Shown here: piece after piece, positions 1 to 8,586 of the stretch | Numbering within the stretch: position 1 is the stretch's first letter | How the letters are laid out: the number at the start of each line of letters is the position of its first letter | IMG/VR virus record: IMGVR_UViG_3300049732_000141 | Length of the DNA stretch: 64,000 nucleotides | DNA from: an uncultured virus (IMG/VR IMGVR_UViG_3300049732_000141) | Lineage: Duplodnaviria; Heunggongvirae; Uroviricota; Caudoviricetes | Strand: one strand, 5' to 3' | Notes under the pieces: generated by a model | Told to the model about the DNA's origin: nothing | The model's database searches: none | Seen by the model: only the letters and a program-made list of their open reading frames with translations | Position numbers and translations under genes: made by a program

Positions 1-124
1 TGCTTCCCGGAGCAGCCGCAGCAGCACTTGCCGTCCTTGCCGCTGTAGACCGAGGAGACCTCGGCCACCGTCATCGCCCCGAGTTCCTGCGCCTGCGCCA
101 ACGTCAAAGGTTCGTAAGACATGC

Positions 125-307
125 CTACCACCCTCCCATCACATCGACTGAGGCCCGGCGCTCCCGGGCGAAGGACACGAACTGCCGGGCTGCCGCATCC
201 GTGGGGAACGCCAACTCCGCCGTCTTGTCGGTGACGTCCACCACCCGGCCGCCGAGGCGCTTGGCCTCGGCTTCGATCTCCGGCTGCCGCTCCGGGGTAA
301 TGTCCAC
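125..307 (-). CDS. small hypothetical early protein
   Basis: ORF track, protein-like composition, downstream of sigma-54 site at 363-378; start uncertain. Confidence 0.5.
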   Translation of the reverse strand: MDITPERQPEIEAEAKRLGGRVVDVTDKTAELAFPTDAAARQFVSFARERRASVDVMGGW

Positions 308-362
308 CCCGGCCGCTACGAATCGCTGTTCTTACGCGGGTCATCGTCATGCCCCCATCTAG

Positions 363-378
363 TGCAAGGCCCGTGCCA
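363..378 (-). promoter_or_regulatory. sigma-54 (-24/-12) promoter P1
   Basis: Minus strand TGGCACG-GGCC-TTGCA, intergenic. Confidence 0.8.
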
Positions 379-465
379 GCCCGGCCGGGCTGAATCCCGC
401 CGGATTCCCGGGGGTTCCACGGCGGGGTGGCCACTTCTGATACCCGTTTCGGCGGCAGCATTACG

Positions 466-684
466 TTACCGGGCGTCCTTCCAAGCGCCCGGGTTCGGGG
501 GCAACGGGCCGCCGTCCAAGGCCGCCAGCGCCGTTTGAAACAACTCCTCCGAGATGGCCTGTAGCTGCGCCGCTCGGTTCGGGTTCCGGTCGCTCTCCGC
601 GATCCGGATGGCACCGGCCAGCGCCTGCGCTCGTCGCAGCGCCTCCACCGGCCGGTGCAACCGCGCCCGGGGATCTCGGCTCAC
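466..684 (-). CDS. hypothetical protein
   Basis: GTGA overlap with the upstream ORF's stop. Confidence 0.55.
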   Translation of the reverse strand: MSRDPRARLHRPVEALRRAQALAGAIRIAESDRNPNRAAQLQAISEELFQTALAALDGGPLPPNPGAWKDAR

Positions 685-1472
685 GCCTTGACCTTCTCGA
701 CGACCACCGGCTGCGGCTTGCGCCGGATGACGCGCACCCGCTGGAGCACGCACCGCTCGACGCCGTCCTTGTTGGTCCGCTCCGAGGCGTCAGTGACGGC
801 GGCCTTGAGCGTCGGGTGGCCCTCCCCGATGCCCTCGTAGCGTTCCCCGACCGAGTTCGGCACGACGAAATAGTTGTTCGGCTTCTGCTTTTTCATGGCT
901 GCTCCTTTGGGAAAGATGGCGAACCGGCGCGGGTCTCCGCCGTAGAGGCTCCAGAAGTTCCGGCGCTTGGCCTCGTCCCTCGAAATACCGAGGCGCTCGG
1001 CCACCACTGAGTGAAAGTCCATGTTCAGCGTGAGGTATTTCTGCAGATGCGCCCGGTAGCTCTCGGGCGTTCGGATGTCGCTGCCCGGCCAGTAGGTCGG
1101 GAAGAAACGCCACACGTAGAAGTCCCCGCGAGGGCTCTGCATGTGCTTGGCGATGGCATCGATGACCATCGGCTTCCGATGGCCTCCGATCAACATTCGC
1201 AGCGCGTGGGCCGCCGACGTGTTGGGCCCGCGCAAGGAAATGATCATCTCCTTGTCTTCCACGCGCACCAGAAACCGATGCACGACGGTCGGGGGTCCCT
1301 TGCGCTTCATCCAGCCCGGATAGGACACCTCCCTCGATCCGAGATCTCGCAGGAGCGTGAACTGGATCGCATCCCCGTAGATGTGTCCGGTATTCATCTC
1401 ATAGAACTGACCGACACGTTCCGGATGCACCCCGGCCTGCACCGGCTGGCCAATGGAGAGAAAGCGATTCAT
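681..1472 (-). CDS. hypothetical protein (possible internal start at 896)
   Basis: ATG after GGAGGA RBS, ATGA overlap. Confidence 0.65.
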   Translation of the reverse strand: MNRFLSIGQPVQAGVHPERVGQFYEMNTGHIYGDAIQFTLLRDLGSREVSYPGWMKRKGPPTVVHRFLVRVEDKEMIISLRGPNTSAAHALRMLIGGHRKPMVIDAIAKHMQSPRGDFYVWRFFPTYWPGSDIRTPESYRAHLQKYLTLNMDFHSVVAERLGISRDEAKRRNFWSLYGGDPRRFAIFPKGAAMKKQKPNNYFVVPNSVGERYEGIGEGHPTLKAAVTDASERTNKDGVERCVLQRVRVIRRKPQPVVVEKVKA

Positions 1473-1978
1473 CGTTCCTCCTTCGAGCAGCACCGCTGCC
1501 CGCAATTCACCTCGCGCCAGTCCCGGCGCGGGAGCAGGTCGTCCAGATTCCACGACACGAAGCCTTCGATCTCATCTTCGAGCCGCACTCCGCCGACGAT
1601 GTCCGAGTAGGTCGTGACGATCTTCGTGGGCTTCGGAAGCTTAGTGACCCGGAGCGTGCGCTTCCCATCGACCTCCGACCGCACGCAGATGCCGGTCACC
1701 CGGCGGCCCATGAAGCTCTCGCGCACGCGCAGCCAGTGGCCCCGCTCGGTCGGGGTGAACCGCATGTCGTCAAACCGCCAGCCCTCCGTCAGCTTCAGGC
1801 AGCGCTTGCACTCCAGATAGTCCCGCTGCACCCCGGCCGCGCACCATTGGAATGCCTGCGTGGGCCCGACGCGGGCTCCGCAGATGGGCTTGCCGTCCCG
1901 CGCCGCGTGGACCTTCGTGGCCCGGGTCGCGGAGTCCGAGATCATCCCGGGGATGCCCCACCAGCCGGTCGAGATCAC
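1469..1978 (-). CDS. hypothetical protein with Cys/His Zn-binding motifs
   Basis: GTGA overlap; H..C..CxxC pattern. Confidence 0.6.
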   Translation of the reverse strand: MISTGWWGIPGMISDSATRATKVHAARDGKPICGARVGPTQAFQWCAAGVQRDYLECKRCLKLTEGWRFDDMRFTPTERGHWLRVRESFMGRRVTGICVRSEVDGKRTLRVTKLPKPTKIVTTYSDIVGGVRLEDEIEGFVSWNLDDLLPRRDWREVNCGQRCCSKEER

Positions 1979-2310
1979 TTCGGCAGCAGGTCCTTGGCCC
2001 GCTGGCAGACTTCGATCACGAAGTCGTCGGGGAGCTTGCTCCAGTCGATGTGCCTCACGCGGGCCCGGGCCGAAGCCACGCGCACCTCGCGGAGCCGTTC
2101 CGGAGTGGCCTCGTAGATCCAGCACGTATGCCAATCGCCCGCATCCCCCATCCGCTGGCCGTCCTTCCGGCGGAAGCGCTCCTTGCTGGCCAGCACGATC
2201 TGCGTCGGGGTGATCTTCGCCACGCGCTCGATCCGCTGCGTGGTCAGAGCCCCGCCGTTCACCACGACGAGGTTGCCGATGACGAGCTTCTCGATCCACT
2301 GGGCTTCCAT
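1975..2310 (-). CDS. hypothetical protein
   Basis: TAATG overlap, GGAGGAG RBS. Confidence 0.7.
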   Translation of the reverse strand: MEAQWIEKLVIGNLVVVNGGALTTQRIERVAKITPTQIVLASKERFRRKDGQRMGDAGDWHTCWIYEATPERLREVRVASARARVRHIDWSKLPDDFVIEVCQRAKDLLPK

Positions 2311-2738
2311 TACTGCTCCTCCGTCACGAGATCCTGAATCCGGGCGTTCGTGATTCTGTTGCTCGGGTTGTCGAGGTAGTCGATGACGACCTGCGCCTTG
2401 TAGAACCCCTTCGCCGGGCCGTAGGAGTCCCGCGCCCACCGAGTGTATTTCGAGCGCAGCACACCCTTGATCTCCGGAGCCGTCAGGCCGCGCTTGGCCA
2501 GCATCTCCGCCAGCCGGGCCCACTGCGTCGGACCGAAGGAATCGTAGGAGTAGCCGTTCGAGGCCTCCCGCGCCGCGATCCGCGCCGCCGCCTTGCTCAC
2601 GGTCTCCTGCGCTCGGCCCCACGCGGGCGCGGGCGTGACCTTGATCGAGTCCTCGGTCGCCACGAACCGGCTCGGCTTCAGGGCCGCCACTTCCGCTTCG
2701 AGCGCCGCGATCCGTTCCGCCATCTGCTGCTTGGTCAT
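2310..2738 (-). CDS. hypothetical protein
   Basis: AGGAGG RBS, N-terminal coiled coil. Confidence 0.7.
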   Translation of the reverse strand: MTKQQMAERIAALEAEVAALKPSRFVATEDSIKVTPAPAWGRAQETVSKAAARIAAREASNGYSYDSFGPTQWARLAEMLAKRGLTAPEIKGVLRSKYTRWARDSYGPAKGFYKAQVVIDYLDNPSNRITNARIQDLVTEEQ

Positions 2739-2775
2739 CGTCGTTCCTCCTTGGCCGCCGCTCGGCGGCCGAATC

Positions 2776-3063
2776 CTACTCGTAGTAGACGCCGCCGAGG
2801 GCTCCGCGCACCCGCACCAGCCCAAGGCCGGTCAGGGCTTCGTGCTTGGCGCGGGCGTTCCGGTTCCGACGCTGCCGCGCCGCGTCCGCGATCACCAGCC
2901 GGGCGAACTCGCGCTCCTCGGGCTGGCCGTAGACCCGGGCCACCATCGGTTTGCCCTCGGGGCTCGTCCCGGTCTGCGTGCTCAGGATCTGCCGCACCGT
3001 CCCGTCACTCGACACCTCGTAGCGTTTCCCGTCGTAGGTCAGTCGGCTCGCTTTGCAGGTCAT
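2776..3063 (-). CDS. hypothetical early protein
   Basis: GGAGG RBS directly after promoter P2. Confidence 0.7.
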   Translation of the reverse strand: MTCKASRLTYDGKRYEVSSDGTVRQILSTQTGTSPEGKPMVARVYGQPEEREFARLVIADAARQRRNRNARAKHEALTGLGLVRVRGALGGVYYE

Positions 3064-3088
3064 GGTCGCGCCCTCCGCCGGTCTATAG

Positions 3089-3104
3089 TGCAAGCGCCGT
3101 GCCA
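3089..3104 (-). promoter_or_regulatory. sigma-54 promoter P2
   Basis: TGGCACG-GCGC-TTGCA, intergenic. Confidence 0.8.
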
Positions 3105-3217
3105 GCCCCGGCCGGGCGGAATCCGGCCGGATTCCCGAGGGTGCCCCGGGCGACCGACCCCCGGAGGTTACAATCCCGGAATCGTTATTACAGCCCTTGT
3201 CATAGCCCTTCTTCGGG

Positions 3218-3466
3218 CTACCAGCCCGCTGGCCGCCGGACGTTGGCCCTTATTCCGGCTACCGTCGCGTCCCCGGGGAACGTCCCCTGTGGGCATCGGC
3301 AGTTCGGCGGCCGGTAGTTCTTCGGCGGAGGCGATTGGCCCGGCACGTGTTTCCAGCAGGCCGGGTCGCCGCAGCCACCGGGCCCGTTGTGATTCTCGTC
3401 GTGGCAGATGAGCAAGCAGCCCTCGGGCAGCTTGAGATCATCGAGAAACGAGCGCAGGAACTTCAT
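3218..3466 (-). CDS. Cys-rich hypothetical protein
   Basis: ATGA overlap; several Cys/His. Confidence 0.55.
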   Translation of the reverse strand: MKFLRSFLDDLKLPEGCLLICHDENHNGPGGCGDPACWKHVPGQSPPPKNYRPPNCRCPQGTFPGDATVAGIRANVRRPAGW

Positions 3467-4170
3467 CGACGCCCCCGCATCTGCGCCGGGCACCCGCCGA
3501 TCATCCGATGCCTGACGAACTTCCCCTTGGCCGCGCAATACGTGCAGAAGCCCTCGGCCTTGGCGCGGTCGATGTTCGCCTGCATCCGTTCCCGCTGCGC
3601 CTCGCGGTCCAGCCGCAGCCGCTCGATGGCCGCCCGGTGATTCCGCTCCCGCTCTTCATATTCCATCCACCGCAGATGCTCTTGGCCCCGGGCCAGCCGC
3701 GCCGCGTCGAGCGGCATGTTCGGGTTGGCCTCGCACCACGGATTGGCGCAGCGCCCCTGCGTGCCGACCGTCACGCTCTTCGCGTGCTCCGGCGGAGCCT
3801 CCGCGAGGTAGAACGCCGAGGAGCAGAACGGGCACGTCACCCACGGGTAGCGCGGGTCGCCAAGCATGACGTCCGCCATGCGCCGCTGGCCCAACACCGT
3901 CCGCACAATGGTCTGAGCGCACGCGCCGGGCACTTGGGAGACGGGCAGGAGCAAGGGCACGTCCTCGCGCAGGAGCGCCGCGCCGCACTCGCACAGGCCG
4001 GGCTGACCCCCGATCCGCAGTTCGTTGGCCTCGCTCGTCGTCAGCCTGCCGTCGCGCACGCATCTCAGAATCATGGAGCCCTCCTTGGCGAAGCCCGCAA
4101 AGTAACTGAACTCGTCGAACACCAGACTGGGCCGGTCCGGGTCGCGGTAGAGAAGGCCGGTCACCATCAC
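3463..4170 (-). CDS. Zn-finger-containing hypothetical protein
   Basis: CPFC, CANPWC and CTYC motifs; GTGA overlap. Confidence 0.55.
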   Translation of the reverse strand: MMVTGLLYRDPDRPSLVFDEFSYFAGFAKEGSMILRCVRDGRLTTSEANELRIGGQPGLCECGAALLREDVPLLLPVSQVPGACAQTIVRTVLGQRRMADVMLGDPRYPWVTCPFCSSAFYLAEAPPEHAKSVTVGTQGRCANPWCEANPNMPLDAARLARGQEHLRWMEYEERERNHRAAIERLRLDREAQRERMQANIDRAKAEGFCTYCAAKGKFVRHRMIGGCPAQMRGRR

Positions 4171-4460
4171 GCCACGTGGATGGCCGCGAGAATCAAAGCC
4201 CGCGTCCACGGGTTGCCGTTGTAGTAGATGCCCTCGCGCTTGCGCGTCTGCTTGAGCGCCTCATCGAACTCGATCAGGGGCACCATCCGATCCCCAATAC
4301 GACAGTCCAGCAGCCCCGCTTGATAGCCCTCCTGCAGGCCAGAGAACACCATCACGTGATGGGTCTCGGTGTCGTAGGACCAGACCATCCTCTCGAAGGG
4401 CTGGTCATTCCACTCGTCGCACGTAATCGGAGTGAACCGCCTCCGCACTCGTAGCATCAT
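4167..4460 (-). CDS. hypothetical protein
   Basis: AGGAGG RBS, ATGA overlap. Confidence 0.65.
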   Translation of the reverse strand: MMLRVRRRFTPITCDEWNDQPFERMVWSYDTETHHVMVFSGLQEGYQAGLLDCRIGDRMVPLIEFDEALKQTRKREGIYYNGNPWTRALILAAIHVA

Positions 4461-4810
4461 GCTGACCTCCTGTAGCTCTGCTTCTGCTGCTCGTTCTCGC
4501 TCTGCGTCATCCACCGGAGATGGTTGGGGTTGACGCACATCTTGTTCTCGCCTCCCGGGCACGTATGCCCGGCTCGATGCTCCGGGCTTGGCGCGGGCCC
4601 GTGGAACCACTCGCACACGATGCGGGCCACGCGATCCACGCTGCGCCCCTTGGTATGGATCACCGGGCGCGGGCCCGAACGTGTCCGGCTACACGCGCCG
4701 CGCCACAGGATGCACCCGCCGGGTGCCGAGGGTGCTGCCGTCTTGGCCCACACCCGCTGCCAGAGATCCCCGCGCCAGCCGACCGCGCAGCCTCCGCCTT
4801 GGGGTCTCAT
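4457..4810 (-). CDS. HNH endonuclease (phage type)
   Basis: CILWRG...VARIV...HTC...CVNPNHL...N pattern. Confidence 0.75.
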   Translation of the reverse strand: MRPQGGGCAVGWRGDLWQRVWAKTAAPSAPGGCILWRGACSRTRSGPRPVIHTKGRSVDRVARIVCEWFHGPAPSPEHRAGHTCPGGENKMCVNPNHLRWMTQSENEQQKQSYRRSA

Positions 4811-5130
4811 CGTTGGCGGCCTTTCAGGTTCCGCAGGGAACTCGCTGTTGGGATCTGCCACGTCATCGCCTGCAGCAGCGCTCGGGCTCGGCGTGACGGC
4901 CGCTTCGTCAGGAAGCCCGTGCCTCGCCCCTGCGTGTAGGGAATGCGTCTGCGGTCCCGAGGGCTGAACTGCCTCGCGCTCGGGTCCAACACGACGCCAT
5001 GCCCGCGCAGGAACCAGTGGCGTTCTCCGTCCGGCATCCGCAGCACGCATGGCGTCCAGCCTGCGCGTTTGCCTCCAAGGGCGTGGTAGAGCGCCTCGCT
5101 GGCGACGTAGCAATTGCCGCGCCTCGTCAT
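4807..5130 (-). CDS. hypothetical protein with possible Cys-His-Asp triad
   Basis: GNCYVASEALYH...HWFL...LDP. Confidence 0.6.
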   Translation of the reverse strand: MTRRGNCYVASEALYHALGGKRAGWTPCVLRMPDGERHWFLRGHGVVLDPSARQFSPRDRRRIPYTQGRGTGFLTKRPSRRARALLQAMTWQIPTASSLRNLKGRQR

Positions 5131-5312
5131 GCGTGCTCCGAGTGGATGGAGGCGCTCCCATCAGGATGCACCACCATCACGTTGCGATGGCTGCGAAAGG
5201 CCTTCTGCTTGGCGTAGGCCAGCGCGTCATCGGGTTCGAGGAACTCGGCCAGCTTCCGGGCGTCGATCCGCCCGGTCGTGGTGATCGTCAGCAGGAACAC
5301 GTGGAACTTCAT
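5127..5312 (-). CDS. small hypothetical protein
   Basis: ATGA overlaps at both ends. Confidence 0.55.
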   Translation of the reverse strand: MKFHVFLLTITTTGRIDARKLAEFLEPDDALAYAKQKAFRSHRNVMVVHPDGSASIHSEHA

Positions 5313-5632
5313 GACAGCACCGCCAGCGTGAGCGCCTGCAGGGCTTCGACGTCCTCGGCAAACGCGGAAGGAGTCGCGGGCTTCCCGTAGCAGAGGCCCT
5401 CGGGCGTGACCATCTCCCCGTGCGCGAGGCGTCCGATCTGCTGCCACACGCTGCCCGAGAAGCGCTCGACCTTGGCGACCGACTGCGTCTTGTAGGCGTC
5501 CGAGATGATGGTGATGCGAACCTTGTGCGGCTTGCCCCCGGCCCGCAGATCGTAGATCGCCTCGAACCGAACGCCCTGCGTGCCGTCCTTGGCGATGCTC
5601 TGGTGACGCTGCACGAATTCTCCGTTGAACAT
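5309..5632 (-). CDS. hypothetical protein
   Basis: AAAGGAG RBS. Confidence 0.7.
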   Translation of the reverse strand: MFNGEFVQRHQSIAKDGTQGVRFEAIYDLRAGGKPHKVRITIISDAYKTQSVAKVERFSGSVWQQIGRLAHGEMVTPEGLCYGKPATPSAFAEDVEALQALTLAVLS

Positions 5633-5781
5633 GGCGTGCTCCTTTGGCCTACGCTTGCTGCGAGGCCGGTTGACGTGCTCCTACTCTCGCTCGGGAATCG
5701 TGACCCACACCAGCTTGCCGCTCGGGGCATACACCGGGTAGATCACGCAGCCCATCTTCGCGCTCCACTTCGGCGCGGGCT

Positions 5782-6321
5782 TCACTGGCCCTCCTTGCGG
5801 GCGAGGCGCTCGAAGCGCCGGAACTCCTCGTAGGCTCCCGCCAGCCGCGTGACGTCCTGCAGCGCCGCGCCAATGTTGTGCGCGTCGTGGTGGTGGATGA
5901 TCTCCCGAACGCCCGGGTTCGCATCGGCCAAGCGCTCCTGCGCCTCGCGCACGCGGTTGGCGAGGATGCTCAGCGCCGCGCCGTAGTCCGTGACGATCAG
6001 GCTGCGCTCGGCAGCCAGCCCCTCGGCCAGCACCGTGACGCTGGTCCCCTTGGCCGGGGCGACAGGCGCATCGGGGAGGGCCGCGATGTATCGAGCGTAG
6101 GTGTAGCCCTCGGTGTTCACCAGCACCCGGCGGTTGCCCGGCAGCAGGGCCACGAAGAACCGAGGCATCTCCTGCGCGAAGTGCGCCATCGGATGCGGAG
6201 TTCGGATCTCGATGTGCGGCAGGGCTTCGGCCGCCTCGATGGTCGAGGGGCTCGTCACCCGGGGTGCGTCTGCCCAGTCGCATGCCTTGCGTGCCCAACG
6301 AATCGCGTCGATGTTGATCAT
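5782..6321 (-). CDS. hypothetical early protein
   Basis: AGGAGG RBS directly after promoter P3. Confidence 0.7.
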   Translation of the reverse strand: MINIDAIRWARKACDWADAPRVTSPSTIEAAEALPHIEIRTPHPMAHFAQEMPRFFVALLPGNRRVLVNTEGYTYARYIAALPDAPVAPAKGTSVTVLAEGLAAERSLIVTDYGAALSILANRVREAQERLADANPGVREIIHHHDAHNIGAALQDVTRLAGAYEEFRRFERLARKEGQ

Positions 6322-6349
6322 GGCGTCGTTCCTCCTGCCCCCATCCCTA

Positions 6350-6365
6350 TGCAACCCACGTGCCA
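6350..6365 (-). promoter_or_regulatory. sigma-54 promoter P3
   Basis: TGGCACG-TGGG-TTGCA, intergenic. Confidence 0.8.
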
Positions 6366-6446
6366 AGCGGAAAGCCTAGCGTTTGCCCCTGCTCGTGGGC
6401 AGGGCTGCCTCATGTGGATGGCAGCCCTGCGATCACGATTACGTTC

Positions 6447-6797
6447 TTAGAAGCTCGGGTCGCGGTAGGCTTCCCGCGTGCCCAAGCGCAGCCCTGCGCC
6501 CCGTCCCGTTTCGCGCCAGCAGCCCTTCTTGTTCAGGCGGAAGGTGCGCTTCCGGCCGTTGGGGTTGGGCGTGTAGCGATACTCCTGATGCTCGGAGAGC
6601 ATCTTGCCCGCGATCAGTTCGGTGTCGTCCTCGGTGACCTCGATGGTCTTGCCGCTCGGGGACACCTTCGTGATGGTGCCCGCGTAGCGATCCGTCCACG
6701 CCAGCACCGTCGCGCCCATGCCCACTTCGGGCTTCGGCTGGCCCGGGCCGCTCATCATCCAGTTGCTCACGCTGTTCGTGTCGCTGCCAAGTCTCAT
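6447..6797 (-). CDS. phage hypothetical protein
   Basis: AGGAGG RBS; PEVGMGAT..WTDRY..TI motif recalled from other phages. Confidence 0.7.
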   Translation of the reverse strand: MRLGSDTNSVSNWMMSGPGQPKPEVGMGATVLAWTDRYAGTITKVSPSGKTIEVTEDDTELIAGKMLSEHQEYRYTPNPNGRKRTFRLNKKGCWRETGRGAGLRLGTREAYRDPSF

Positions 6798-6806
6798 GGG
6801 AACCTC

Positions 6807-7112
6807 CTACAGGCGTTCGGGGTTGGCGGAGCCTATCATCCGGCCCGCGAGCTTGAGGGGCTGCGCCGGGTAGCTGGCCACCAGCTTGCGCTCCCCGCGA
6901 TTCGTGTAGATGCGGGCTGCGCGAACCTTGGTCGGGCCAAGGTGCGCGTTCGCGCCGCCGGGCTGCGTCGAGGCCTCGAAGCGCTCGACGTAGAGCTTCA
7001 GGTTGGCGTCGGTCGGGCGGCCGAACTCGCGGGCCGTCCAGCCTGCCGGGGTATAGATGAAGCCCGGGACGTCAATCTCGATGGCGTAAGCCGGGGTGTA
7101 GGTTCTGCCCAT
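6807..7112 (-). CDS. hypothetical early protein
   Basis: AGGAGG RBS directly after promoter P4. Confidence 0.7.
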   Translation of the reverse strand: MGRTYTPAYAIEIDVPGFIYTPAGWTAREFGRPTDANLKLYVERFEASTQPGGANAHLGPTKVRAARIYTNRGERKLVASYPAQPLKLAGRMIGSANPERL

Positions 7113-7138
7113 CTGGTCGCCTCCTGCCCCACTGATGG

Positions 7139-7154
7139 TGCAAGCAGCGTGCCA
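7139..7154 (-). promoter_or_regulatory. sigma-54 promoter P4
   Basis: TGGCACG-CTGC-TTGCA, intergenic. Confidence 0.8.
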
Positions 7155-7341
7155 CCCCGAATGCCCGGGGATCTGGCCCTCCTTGGGCCCTGCTGCGCCA
7201 TTCCGATTGCAAAACCCTACGTGGTGTGTCGGTTTCTGCAATCGCCGTGGCAGGCGCTCCGGCTGCCCACTTCGGGCGACGTTTGCGTCGGTCGGATCAC
7301 GTTTCTCGTTTGGCAGCTTGCCCTCGCTGCGAGAACAGGAG

Positions 7342-7553
7342 CGTCATGACGTTTCTGGAGTGACTCCCGTGAGAGACACTCGCAGACTCAGAAACGTCAT
7401 GACGATTCTGGAGAGACACCTGCGTGACACTCTCTCAGACTCAGAAGCGTAATGACAATTTCGGAGCGACTCTCGTCTGAGACACTCGCAGACTCAGAAA
7501 CGTCATGACAATTTTGGAGAGACAGTCGAGACAGTCGCGCCGGAGACAGTGTC
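7342..7553. repeat. four tandem 53-bp units with palindromic core CAGAAACGTCATGACGATTCTG
   Basis: CGT(C/A)ATGAC starts at 7342, 7395, 7448 and 7501. Confidence 0.9.
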
Positions 7554-7643
7554 TTTCCGCTCCGCTTTTGTAATTATCCCCCTAACCCCTAGAGGATTCC
7601 CGGAACTGGGACCAGAGACAGTCAACTGAGACACTGACTGTCT

Positions 7644-7807
7644 GATTACAAATCCCACATTTGGCATCGCACCTGAAAAGAGACTCCTCGCTGAGACACT
7701 CGAAGGCGATTACAAATCCCACATCTGCCATCGCGCCGGGCGGAGACAGTCAGAGACAGTCGAAGACAGTCACTGACTGTTCGATTACAGATCCCACATC
7801 TGCAATC
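7644..7807. repeat. three copies of imperfect palindrome GATTACARAT-CCCAC-ATYTGSMATC with GAGACAGT-type repeats between them
   Basis: Copies start at 7644, 7708 and 7783. Confidence 0.9.
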
Positions 7808-7932
7808 GAGTCTCAGGTCGTCTCGGACGACAGATCAGGATCGTCATGTCGGAATTGTTCGAAGGCCGCGACACGTTGCCCGGCGGCCGGGTTTGGCCCG
7901 AACCCGGGCGATGCGAGGCGAAAGGACGACGA

Positions 7933-7960
7933 ACGTCCGATAAGAGTAGTTATGTTAACT
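7933..7960 (+). other. dif-like XerC/XerD recombination site
   Basis: ACGTCCGATAA-GAGTAG-TTATGTTAACT, 11-6-11 layout; right arm 10/11 to the E. coli XerD arm TTATGTTAAAT. Confidence 0.8.
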
Positions 7961-8369
7961 TGCAAGTCCTACTGAACGCGGGACTTACGCGATTCACGCA
8001 TGACGGTGGGCGCTACCAGCGCTCCGGCGGCCGATGCCCGGCCCGAACGTAGGCGGCCGACCAGCGCATGGCGGCCTCCAGCCGGTCCGGGTTGGCCTCG
8101 CGGCGCGGCCGGAACGCCAGCAGGCGGCCCGGGCCTACGCTGCTCCCACGGTCACCTGACCTAAAACGCCCGGGGTCAGGTGTCAAAACGTTGACAGGGG
8201 TGTCAGGAACTACGAAGGCCATCGTAGGGGTCCTCCGCGACCCGGCTGGCGCGGCCTGCCCGGCGTTTGCCGGGCGGCGGTTTCGAGGGCCTGCCACGGG
8301 GCAGCACCTCGTCCATCTCGTCTCGCACTTCGTCCGCCGTAAACCCGCGTGGAACCGAGGGTTGACAGC

Positions 8370-8586
8370 CTTTGGACGACTTGGACGACTTGGACAATGT
8401 ATCTATTTAACATATAAGGAGGAACCAACTAGTTCATCCCTCATCCGTGTGTCAAGTTGAGAGCCCCTCGTCCAACTCCCATGTCGTCCATTCCACCCTA
8501 AAGTCCTGAGCCCTCGGGACTTAGGCTGGACGTGCAAGTGGACGACTGGCCCTTTTCCTCGTCCCCTCCCCGTCCACTGCCCGTCC
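8370..8586. other. putative replication origin
   Basis: Three tandem TTGGACGAC-type 9-mers, AT-rich core 8397-8418, oppositely oriented CGTCC motifs; directly downstream of primase-helicase. Confidence 0.45.

Noticed and set aside
7342..7807. CRISPR array
   Set aside because: The intervening sequences resemble each other and are too short or irregular, and no cas genes are present; these are tandem or phased repeats
7661..8460. Short ORFs across the control region
   Set aside because: No RBS, repeat-derived composition; region read as non-coding
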